Assembly: GCA_964429135.1 (NCBI GenBank)
Contig: CAYSAU010000017.1
Coordinates: 23,538-55,537 of the forward strand
DNA length: 32,000 nt
Origin: an uncultured Prolixibacteraceae bacterium
GTDB taxonomy: Bacteria > Bacteroidota > Bacteroidia > Bacteroidales > FEN-979
Direction: 5' to 3'
Shown here in pieces: positions 25,031 through 32,000 of the stretch (its first letter is position 1; the number at the start of each line of letters is the position of its first letter). The position numbers and the translations under genes are program-made. The notes under the pieces are model-generated. The model worked only from the letters and a program-made list of their open reading frames with translations, had not been told where the DNA came from and searched no databases.

Positions 25031-26830
25031 CTATTCCATCATTACATTAATACAAACTCCTGGTCCTGTATTGGCAATGATCGCCGGGGTAGAATACTCA
25101 ATAAACAGAGGTTTTTGTCCGGTTAACTTCTCCATAAATTCCAAATAAAACGCAACTTTTTCAGAGTCCTTGGCATGCGTAATAGCATAACCCCATACCG
25201 GTCGACCGGTAATCTCTTTCGTAACATTCCGGATAACATTCTGCAAACTACCCTTTAGCGAAAAGGATTTTGCAAAAACTTCGGCTGTTCCCTCATTGTT
25301 TATAGCAATGGCAGGCTTAATATCTAATAAGTTGGCAATGAAACCTTTTAGCGGACTTACCCGTCCGCTTTTTGCAATATACTTCAGAGAATCGAATCCC
25401 GCCCGTAAGATGATCTTTGATTTCCATAAAGGCACCCACTGCAGGATTTCTTCGTGCGAGGCTCCCGAAGCAATGGCGCGTGCAATCCTGAGTACCAGCA
25501 AGCCTTCTCCACCCGACAGGGAAGCTGAATTCACCACATCTATTCTTTTCTTATAGAGATTTTGCATTTCCCGGGCTACCTTCAGACTGGCCGCCCAGGT
25601 TCCCGTCATTTTTTCACTGAAATGGACAGCGATAACAGACTGGTAACGAGAGAGCAGATACTCATAGGTATGTTCAAATTCCCGGGCCGAATTTTGAGAG
25701 GTGGTTGGCCGGATCGATGAGGTTTTCATTTTCTCATAGAATTCCAGCGGCATCAGGGTGATCCGGTCAAGATAAAATTCCTCTCCGAAATGGAGGATGA
25801 ATGGGATCACATGAATCTGGTATTGATCCAGTATCTGTTGAGGCAGATCACAACCCGAGTCGGTCATTAAGGCGATATCCGACTTCCGGTTTAGCCGGAT
25901 CTCCTGCTGCATCACCATATCATCCGCTTTCTGGTAACTCAACGTTCCCATCTGTTGCAGATGGGCTACCATCTGATCCGGCCGATCGGTATGAAGATGT
26001 ATGTGAAGTTTACGGGGGGAACCGGCAACCACTAGAGAATCGCCTAGTTCTCCTATCTTTTCTGCTATTGTTTTCTTATCCAGCCGATCCCCTGAGATGA
26101 GCGCTTCAGTACAATACCGGTAAGTGATCTTCTCATGAGGAAGCTGAGACCATTCAGCTTGTTCCTCTTCATATGTATTTGGTAGAAAACTTCTTTCCTG
26201 GTCTCCATAAAGGAAGAAATCGCGGATCCCTTCCAGAAAAAAGACAAATCCTTTACCGCCGGCATCCACCACCTGGGCCCTTGCAAGCAGAGCCAGCTGG
26301 CTGGTCGTGGCTGCCAGGGATTCCAATGCCCGGTTGTAGGCTTCTGAAAACAAAGAAACAAAATCATCTACCCTGTCACGCAAGTTATACAAACAGTCAG
26401 CCCAGTCGCTGATCACCGTCAGAATTGTCCCTTCAACCGGGTTGGATATGGCTTCGTAAGCATACCTGACGGCTTGTTTCATGCTCTCTGCGAAGGAATT
26501 GATATTCAAAGTCTCATGGTCGGGGATCTCGTTGCTGAACCCATACAGGAACTGTGCAAAGATGATTCCGGAGTTTCCACGGGCTCCTGTCAGAGCAGCA
26601 TCGGCCATTGCAACAACTGTTCTCTTTGCATCACTATCAGGTTTGGTAGCCTCTGTCATATACCGCAACGTCCAGGCAAGATTAGTGCCCGTATCGGCGT
26701 CTGCTAACGGAAATACATTGATGTCGTTGAGCAGTTTCTGGTTTTGTGAAATGCGCTGTGCCCCGGCACGAAAGGCGTAATAGAGCTGCTGTCCGTCAAT
26801 TTTGTTGATTTGTTGGATAATCATTATCAT
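25031..26830 (-). CDS. DhaL/DAK2 domain - DegV domain fusion protein (single-chain fatty-acid-kinase-like)
   Basis: 599 aa. The N-terminal half has DAK2 motifs (LADADTGTNL, GARGNSG, VVDAGGKG) and a YloV/FakA-like central segment (YRYCTEALISG...LGDSLVVAGSPRKLHIHLHTDRP). The C-terminal ~290 aa has DegV hallmarks (IALMTDSGCDLPQQ, RPTTSQNSAREF). Confidence 0.85.
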   Translation of the reverse strand: MIMIIQQINKIDGQQLYYAFRAGAQRISQNQKLLNDINVFPLADADTGTNLAWTLRYMTEATKPDSDAKRTVVAMADAALTGARGNSGIIFAQFLYGFSNEIPDHETLNINSFAESMKQAVRYAYEAISNPVEGTILTVISDWADCLYNLRDRVDDFVSLFSEAYNRALESLAATTSQLALLARAQVVDAGGKGFVFFLEGIRDFFLYGDQERSFLPNTYEEEQAEWSQLPHEKITYRYCTEALISGDRLDKKTIAEKIGELGDSLVVAGSPRKLHIHLHTDRPDQMVAHLQQMGTLSYQKADDMVMQQEIRLNRKSDIALMTDSGCDLPQQILDQYQIHVIPFILHFGEEFYLDRITLMPLEFYEKMKTSSIRPTTSQNSAREFEHTYEYLLSRYQSVIAVHFSEKMTGTWAASLKVAREMQNLYKKRIDVVNSASLSGGEGLLVLRIARAIASGASHEEILQWVPLWKSKIILRAGFDSLKYIAKSGRVSPLKGFIANLLDIKPAIAINNEGTAEVFAKSFSLKGSLQNVIRNVTKEITGRPVWGYAITHAKDSEKVAFYLEFMEKLTGQKPLFIEYSTPAIIANTGPGVCINVMME

Positions 26831-26854
26831 CTTTTTATTTCAGGTAAAAGTATA

Positions 26855-26862
26855 TAATTTTG
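26855..26862 (+). promoter_or_regulatory. Candidate -7 box for the 363-aa/CxxCxxCC operon
   Basis: TAATTTTG fits TAnnTTTG and lies 15 nt upstream of the ATG at 26878. It is only 24 nt from the divergent DhaL-DegV start. Confidence 0.35.
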
Positions 26863-26877
26863 GTTCAGATTTTCGGG

Positions 26878-27966
26878 ATGATGAACTACAATAACATAAC
26901 TGGTATTGTAACAAACAAACTGACGTGGTCCGGTGACCAAGAGATGGTTGATCGGATGGCCAATCACTATCGGGTGTGGCAACTGCTGCGGGATAACCGA
27001 ACCTGGGCTTCTCCTCTTGTAGAATCTTATGCATTCACTCTGCTTCCGGAGTCGGTCAGTCTTTCCGATTGTCATGCCTTCATCAACCGGATGATGGATC
27101 TTTTCCTCCGGAATCCTTTTTTGGTAAGGTTTCTGGATAAAGCTTCCGGCAAGGCATTTCCGGTACTCCGGCACCGGTTGCAAACCGAAGGTCATAAAGT
27201 TATCACAGATGCCCTGGCATTCGCAATGGCACTGGAGCGACTCACCCGTGCCTGTTACCAGGATGCCCTGTTTTTTGAAGAGTGTATAAGGATCCTCCGG
27301 GAAAGAAGTAAAAAACAAAAGTCCTGGAACGCTATTCCCCTTTTCTATCAGATCAAAGCAATATCTCTTGAACCGGTAATCCGGTCGATGATAGGCGCCC
27401 ACAAGCGGCCACCCGAAAAACTTGGAAAGAGTTCTGGTTCCCGGGCGTTGCAGATCAATATTCTGGAAGCCACTTTTTCGGACTGGTTGATGGGATTGTA
27501 CGACAATGCCATGACAGGGTGGGTGTTGGCTATCCACAAAGCAGGAAAACACAGGATAGATCCTGCTACCGGTGCAGGACCGAACTTCTGGGAAGAGAGC
27601 CGGAAAGCCTTAGGGATCCGGCCTCCTTTGCCAGGGAAATGGGTTGACCTTTACCAGGCTTGGAATATGGCCTTTGTGTCAAAAATGTATGACTTTCCCT
27701 ATATCATAGCCAAATTACTAATCCCTCAGGTGGCTGATTACCAAAATCATTCGGAAATCTATATGTACAACAGAGTGATCGCTCTTTACCTGTATATGAG
27801 TTATTTTTCTTTTGACACAGCGGATCCGGAGCGAAGACTACTGATCCGGATGCGCTGGAATGACGAACAGTTGACTCGCACGTGGGGTAAAATCAACAGG
27901 GAATGCGCCAGAGAATATGTTCTCAGCGTCAGGCAGGCAAAACGGAGTCAACAACAAAAAAAATGA
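26878..27966 (+). CDS. Hypothetical soluble protein, family not recognised
   Basis: The track ORF opens at a TTG (26860); the first ATG is at 26878 (MMNYNNITG...), giving 362 aa. The protein looks helical, has no TM segment, and has a basic tail (RQAKRSQQQKK). Its stop overlaps the next start (ATGA at 27963..27966). It is preferred over the antisense ORF 26827..27552. Confidence 0.6.
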   Translation: MMNYNNITGIVTNKLTWSGDQEMVDRMANHYRVWQLLRDNRTWASPLVESYAFTLLPESVSLSDCHAFINRMMDLFLRNPFLVRFLDKASGKAFPVLRHRLQTEGHKVITDALAFAMALERLTRACYQDALFFEECIRILRERSKKQKSWNAIPLFYQIKAISLEPVIRSMIGAHKRPPEKLGKSSGSRALQINILEATFSDWLMGLYDNAMTGWVLAIHKAGKHRIDPATGAGPNFWEESRKALGIRPPLPGKWVDLYQAWNMAFVSKMYDFPYIIAKLLIPQVADYQNHSEIYMYNRVIALYLYMSYFSFDTADPERRLLIRMRWNDEQLTRTWGKINRECAREYVLSVRQAKRSQQQKK

Positions 27967-28511
27967 ACGAAAACCAGGTTCACCTAAAGATGAAACCATT
28001 ACCGGCCGGATTCCTGTTAAAGGTAAAATGGGCTGGTGCCCGGCTGATTTTCTTTTTCTTTTTGGCTTTAGGCTTACTTACCGGTGGAATCATCTGTTGG
28101 TTCTTTGCCCCTCTTTATTCCTGGTATTTCTTCGGTGAGTTCAACTTCACAAAATACATCCGGTTTATTTATCCCATTATGCTGGAGTGGATCAAAGTCG
28201 AAATCCGGTATATCAAACATAAGAAGTACCGCAACCATTTTCCGGTATCACTGACAGCGCCTCCCATGATGTTTCCCGAGAAAACTCATCTGAGAATAAG
28301 TCAAACCTGGATGGGACCCAAAGATAATTGCAACGGATGTATCCGCTGTTGTGTACTGGCGGAATGCCCTCTTATTGATATGCAACGGAAAACCTGTCTG
28401 AGCTATGGTACCTTTTTCTGGAGATACTTCCATTGCGGAAGATACCCGGAGAACCAGGAACAGATCGATTTTTACCAGTGTCCGAAATGGAGTTTTAAAG
28501 TTTTTCTCTAA
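27963..28511 (+). CDS. Membrane-anchored YkgJ/UPF0153-type cysteine-cluster (CxxCxxCC) protein
   Basis: Start is assigned to ATG 27963 (MNENQVHL...), giving 182 aa. There is one TM helix (LIFFFFLALGLLTGGIICWFFAPL). The CNGCIRCC motif is at 28329..28352. It is followed by CPLID...TCLSYG...FHCGRYP, the second half of the PF03692-like zinc/iron-chelating pattern. Confidence 0.65.
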   Translation: MNENQVHLKMKPLPAGFLLKVKWAGARLIFFFFLALGLLTGGIICWFFAPLYSWYFFGEFNFTKYIRFIYPIMLEWIKVEIRYIKHKKYRNHFPVSLTAPPMMFPEKTHLRISQTWMGPKDNCNGCIRCCVLAECPLIDMQRKTCLSYGTFFWRYFHCGRYPENQEQIDFYQCPKWSFKVFL

Positions 28512-28559
28512 AATTCAATTAAATTTATCAAAAAAATCTGACCTTAAAATCCCAGTTTT

Positions 28560-29405
28560 ATGAAAACAAATTTTTATGGTAAGATGCAATCCCTCGTTAA
28601 GTTTTTAGCAGTCGGACTGCTGTTATGGAATTGCAGTGGAGGAATCAGGGAACAAACGTCTCAAAAGACATCTGCTGATACTCTTTTTCCGGAAGCAAGA
28701 TTATCCACAGAAATCAAACAGGAGTTATACGCCTTGCCCACTCCGCTTGAAATCACGATAATTCTTGAAAAGAGCAGGGCAGGATATATTTTCGATATCA
28801 CCAATCCACCCGTGAATGCAGCGAAATATATCGCAGAAAGAGAAAAAGCGCTGAACCTGGGAGTTTATACCGCCGATTTGGCCTATTCTGCCACCTATGG
28901 TCAGAAGGATGCCACAAACAAGTTTCTGGCCTGTACGGCAAAATTATCGGATGAATTGAGCATAACCGGAATTTATGAGGCTGGACTGGTAGAACGGATC
29001 AAACGGGTGGGTAATAACCGTGACAGTTTGGTCGGTATGGTTGAAAATATACTGATGCATACTAGTTCTTTGCTTGCCCGGCAAAATCGCCATTATATTG
29101 CAGTACTGATTGCCACAGGGGCTTTCGTGGAAGGGTTATACCTTGCTGCAGAGCTGAATATTGTGGCGGAAAACAATACCTTGATCTCTTCGGCTATCCT
29201 GAAGCAAAAAGATCATCTTGACAAACTGCTCACCGTTATGGAAGCATTTCGCGAATGCCAGCAAATGGATGCTTTATTTCAACGACTAACATCGCTGCGA
29301 TCTGTTTTCACTGGTTTTGGCCTGAAACCAGGGAAATCACTGCCCCGAGAAAAGGCCATGGTGCTCAGCGATGTTGTAGAGAAAGTAAGAAACGAAATCA
29401 TATAA
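28560..29405 (+). CDS. Hypothetical lipoprotein (helical, periplasmic or surface)
   Basis: Lipoprotein signal with lipobox (KFLAVGLLLWNC-SGG). The 281-aa mature part looks alpha-helical and I recognise no catalytic motif. An alternative start is ATG 28584. Confidence 0.6.
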   Translation: MKTNFYGKMQSLVKFLAVGLLLWNCSGGIREQTSQKTSADTLFPEARLSTEIKQELYALPTPLEITIILEKSRAGYIFDITNPPVNAAKYIAEREKALNLGVYTADLAYSATYGQKDATNKFLACTAKLSDELSITGIYEAGLVERIKRVGNNRDSLVGMVENILMHTSSLLARQNRHYIAVLIATGAFVEGLYLAAELNIVAENNTLISSAILKQKDHLDKLLTVMEAFRECQQMDALFQRLTSLRSVFTGFGLKPGKSLPREKAMVLSDVVEKVRNEII

Positions 29406-29411
29406 TTATCA

Positions 29412-29460
29412 GAACCCGGAACTTGCTTCATTCGTCCGGATTCTTCCTTTCATTATTTCT
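29412..29460 (+). terminator. Candidate intrinsic terminator after the lipoprotein gene
   Basis: GAACCCGGA (29412..29420) pairs with TCCGGATTC (29435..29443): a 9-bp stem with one mismatch and a 14-nt loop. A T-rich tract follows (TTCCTTTCATTATTTCT). Confidence 0.45.
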
Positions 29461-29518
29461 GATTTCGTAATTGTATGCCAACCAACAATGTAATAATGGA
29501 TGAACACCTCCTTCTGTT

Positions 29519-30436
29519 ATGGAAAACCTGAACCCCAAAGTCATAAAAGCGCTGACCGAACATGCCAACGAGATCGTGGCAGGGTCGTATAAGAATGTAG
29601 ATCAAATTTTTAAGCTGACCGACCAGACTAAAAATTCACCCGAACTGGCCGAACTGGCCGAGACCTTCGGCATGATGACGGTAAAGATCGAAGCAAGGGA
29701 ATATGCTCTTGAAAACACCATTGAAGAGCTGAAAAAAAAGAATGTGCAGATAGAACTGCTGAACAACCAGCGGTCCCTGCTCAGTATTGTCTTTGTAGGC
29801 ATTGTCCTGCTGATCACATGCTATATTTTCGTTCTGGGTTTTATCCACGATCAAACCTTCTCCAATCAATTCATCGCAAAATTTGTCACCAATTATCCGG
29901 TAGTTGAGATTATCTCACTGATAGCAGTACTCATGATGGTTCTGACCAGTAACCTTCGCCTAAAAGATTTCGGTTTAACTTTTACAGGTTGGAAACGATC
30001 AGTCATAGAATCCTTGATCACTTCCGGTGCGTTTATTCTCCTGCTTGTGGTGATAAAGTATCTCAGCAACCGTTATCTTCCGGGTCTTTTCCGGGAAAAG
30101 AAACTTTTCGATCTCTCCTATTTTGGTGTCACCTACATCACCTATCTGGGGGTGGCTCCCCTCCAGGAGTTTATTGCCCGCGGGGCGGTACAGGGCACTC
30201 TGGAAAAGATCCTGGATCTCCGTTACCGGGGATTTTTTGTCATCCTGGTTACCACTTTTCTATTTGGAGCCGTGCACATGATGACTTCCCTAAACCTGGC
30301 AATAGTTTCGTTTATCACCGGGTGGCTCTGGGGCTGGATGTATCACCGTCAGAAAAATCTTATAGGCGTAAGCCTTTCTCATTTTCTGATCGGAAATATT
30401 TCGGGGCTGATGGGGTATTGGACTTTATTAGAATAG
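29519..30436 (+). CDS. CPBP (CAAX/Abi) family intramembrane protease homolog with an N-terminal HAMP-like cytoplasmic domain (paralog 2)
   Basis: 305 aa. The N-terminus LTEHANEIVAGSYKNVDQIF...PELAELAETFGMMTVKIEAREYAL aligns nearly residue-for-residue with paralog 1. CPBP motifs are VAPLQEFIARG (QExxxR), LFGAVH and SLSHFLIGN. Confidence 0.8.
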   Translation: MENLNPKVIKALTEHANEIVAGSYKNVDQIFKLTDQTKNSPELAELAETFGMMTVKIEAREYALENTIEELKKKNVQIELLNNQRSLLSIVFVGIVLLITCYIFVLGFIHDQTFSNQFIAKFVTNYPVVEIISLIAVLMMVLTSNLRLKDFGLTFTGWKRSVIESLITSGAFILLLVVIKYLSNRYLPGLFREKKLFDLSYFGVTYITYLGVAPLQEFIARGAVQGTLEKILDLRYRGFFVILVTTFLFGAVHMMTSLNLAIVSFITGWLWGWMYHRQKNLIGVSLSHFLIGNISGLMGYWTLLE

Positions 30437-30500
30437 AAACAAATTACCCATTTAAAAGAATAATACGACTCTAAGCTCACGAGGAGGAGGTTTGAGTGAT

Positions 30501-30530
30501 TTTGCTATCCCGAAAATTGTTATATCTTTG
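30501..30530 (+). promoter_or_regulatory. Candidate Bacteroidota sigma-A promoter for the dynamin-like gene
   Basis: TTTG at 30501..30504, an 18-nt spacer, then TATCTTTG at 30523..30530 (fits TAnnTTTG). It lies about 75 nt upstream of the ATG at 30606. Confidence 0.5.
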
Positions 30531-30562
30531 CACCCGGCAATGGAGTCTGCCATAAACCGTCC

Positions 30563-30604
30563 TGAATGACTGATGACTCCTGACTAAACGAAGTCAGTCA
30601 TTCA
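30563..30604 (+). promoter_or_regulatory. 5'-leader hairpin abutting the dynamin-like start codon
   Basis: TGAATGACTGA (30563..30573) is the perfect reverse complement of TCAGTCATTCA (30594..30604), giving an 11-bp stem and a 20-nt loop. TGACT recurs at 30567, 30574 and 30581 (7-nt phasing). The 3' arm ends 1 nt before the ATG at 30606. Confidence 0.5.
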
Positions 30605-30605
30605 A

Positions 30606-32000
30606 ATGCCCGAGTCACATCCATACAGGAATCAACCGGAGATGCCAGGTTTTCAGAATTTTCTGAAAACACTTGAGCAGTTTTACAGGCAATTGAACCT
30701 TCCTGAAAAATCTGATGAACTACAACGGATTGCTACAACGATTACTGCATCAGACTTCATCGATGTGGCCGTTGTGGGGCAGTTCAAGGCCGGAAAGAGC
30801 TCCTTTATCAATTCCCTCCTGGGAGAACAGGTCATCCCAACCGGGTTTCTGCCAGTCACTTCGGTCATAACCCGGGTCCGTTATGGCAAACACCTTGAGG
30901 TCATTTTAAAGCATCAAAACGGGCAGTCGGAGACCATTCCGCCTGAAAAGCTGATCGAGTATTGTTCTGAGCAGTTCAATCCCGGCAACAAAAAAATGAT
31001 TGAAGTCATCGATGTTTACCACCCCGTTCTGCGTGACATCTGGAAGATCCGCCTTGTCGACACCCCAGGCCTGGGAAGCATCTCTGAGGAGACCACCCAA
31101 GTGACTACCCGATGGCTGAATGAGGCCAGTTTCGCCCTTCTCATCATCAGCTCCGAGAGGCCGCTTTCTGCGGCAGACCTTGGAGTCGTCGAGGAGTTGA
31201 AGAAGATCTGTCCGAGGATTTCTCTGATCATCACAAAAATCGACCTTGTTCCGCAGGATGAACACCCGCGCCTGATGGAGTATATCCAAACCGGCATCTC
31301 ATCTATTTCCACGGATTACCCGATTCAGATCCTGGGATACTCCATCTATAACCATTCCGACGATTACAGAGGAAAGATCCTTCAACAGATCATCCGTCCC
31401 ATGCAGGAGCAGTTTGCTGACGAAAAGGCCTTGGTGTCGGTGCATAAGATCTCGGGCCTGGTCAGGGATTGCCTGCAGTACACGGAAATCGTCTTGCGAA
31501 GCCAGGAAAAGTTCAGGGACAATGAAAAGCAGCTGCTCGGGGTGATCAGTGAGATCGAAAAAAACAGAGAGCATTACAAGACGGAACTGCTATATACAAC
31601 AACTGCCTTCAAGGGTGAAGTGAGAGCGATGCTGGAGAATATCATTATCCCCTTCCAGGAAGAGATTATCCGGAAGCTGAACAGTTCTTTCGATAAGGAG
31701 ATGGAATTGCACAAGGGGATGCTGTACAAAGTGACCCGGTGGTTTGAGAAGTGGATCATCGATTCTATCCGCAGCGAGGTAAACCAGACTTATCGAGATA
31801 CTCTGCCGAAAATAGACTTGTTCCTGGATGGCAAGGCCGGATTTTACACCCATTTCATCAAAACCTTCCAGCAATCCTACAAACAGTTCATCCATGATCT
31901 CTACAGTGTCGATATCAGGATCGAACCCGTAAGCGTGGCTCCGTTACCTATCGGGACCCCTGATATTTCCGTTTACCGGATCTTTGATTCTCACCTGGAT
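30606..32000 (+). CDS. Bacterial dynamin-like GTPase, N-terminal ~465 aa; continues beyond the right edge
   Basis: Not in the ORF track because the frame is open to the window edge. Manual translation from ATG 30606 (in-frame TAA at 30585) runs uninterrupted to 32000. G1 is VVGQFKAGKSSFINSLLG (30777..30800). The G2 Thr is in LPVTS. G3 is DTPG (31059..31070). G4 is TKID (31233..31244). A long helical stalk-like region follows. An alternative start is Met13 (30642). Confidence 0.8.
   Translation, partial: MPESHPYRNQPEMPGFQNFLKTLEQFYRQLNLPEKSDELQRIATTITASDFIDVAVVGQFKAGKSSFINSLLGEQVIPTGFLPVTSVITRVRYGKHLEVILKHQNGQSETIPPEKLIEYCSEQFNPGNKKMIEVIDVYHPVLRDIWKIRLVDTPGLGSISEETTQVTTRWLNEASFALLIISSERPLSAADLGVVEELKKICPRISLIITKIDLVPQDEHPRLMEYIQTGISSISTDYPIQILGYSIYNHSDDYRGKILQQIIRPMQEQFADEKALVSVHKISGLVRDCLQYTEIVLRSQEKFRDNEKQLLGVISEIEKNREHYKTELLYTTTAFKGEVRAMLENIIIPFQEEIIRKLNSSFDKEMELHKGMLYKVTRWFEKWIIDSIRSEVNQTYRDTLPKIDLFLDGKAGFYTHFIKTFQQSYKQFIHDLYSVDIRIEPVSVAPLPIGTPDISVYRIFDSHLD

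Noticed and set aside
2100-26877. Track start positions at TTG or upstream Met codons (2100, 4090, 4758, 13850, 14209, 20411, 26860)
   Set aside because: Downstream ATGs give N-termini that match the conserved family starts and remove overlaps with upstream genes. The starts remain unverified experimentally.
27180-27200. HX4D acyltransferase-like motif (GHKVITD) in the 363-aa unknown
   Set aside because: With about 10 His residues in the protein, an H-x4-D spacing is expected by chance fairly often. None of the accompanying acyltransferase blocks is recognisable.
26827-27552. 241-aa minus-strand ORF covering the start of the 363-aa gene
   Set aside because: It is an antisense shadow. The product is Pro/Gly/His/Cys-rich with no motif and no sensible start context. 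The plus-strand frame is longer, has a -7 box, and is ATGA-coupled to the next gene.
30683-31895. Five minus-strand ORFs listed in the track (61-127 aa) across the right end
   Set aside because: All are antisense to a continuous plus-strand frame carrying the dynamin G1-G4 motifs, which the track omitted because it has no stop in the window.
1-32000. CRISPR arrays, rRNA/tRNA genes, IS elements, integrases, prophage genes
   Set aside because: Intergenic regions are all 190 bp or shorter and were read individually. I saw no repeat-spacer pattern, cloverleaf or transposase/integrase-like ORF.

Overview
This 32-kb chromosomal segment looks Bacteroidota-like. There are no Shine-Dalgarno sequences before start codons, TAnnTTTG-type -7 boxes precede several genes, and there is a CarboxypepD_reg-type TonB-dependent receptor. 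I support 29 protein-coding genes. Two are open to the window edges and absent from the ORF track: an M23 peptidase at the left edge and a dynamin-like GTPase at the right edge. I saw no rRNA, tRNA, CRISPR array, transposase or integrase. Left to right the window contains: M23 peptidase and a membrane metallophosphoesterase (-); a sodium:solute symporter, a small membrane protein and ogt (+); and ArsR-headed cluster 1 (+), comprising arsR, a 77-aa thioredoxin-like protein, a CxxC lipoprotein, a CcdA/DsbD-like membrane protein, an ArsP-like permease, a P5CR-like dehydrogenase and an octahaem cytochrome c with a C-terminal 5-TM domain. Next come a convergent TonB-dependent receptor (-), ArsR-headed cluster 2 (arsR-arsC-arsM-acr3, +), and a three-gene cytoplasmic phosphorelay (-). 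The last third is a membrane/lipid locus. It holds CPBP paralog 1, psd and pssA (-), a DhaL-DegV fusion (-), a 363-aa unknown coupled to a membrane CxxCxxCC protein, a lipoprotein and CPBP paralog 2 (+), and finally the dynamin-like GTPase (+). Two places stand out as possibly undescribed. The first is the translationally coupled P5CR-like/octahaem-TM cytochrome pair plus a thiol relay, inside an arsenic-regulated cluster. The second is the cassette bracketed by two inverted CPBP paralogs that share an N-terminal HAMP-like domain and a QExxxR variant of the catalytic motif. All family calls are by-eye motif recognition; no database search was run.
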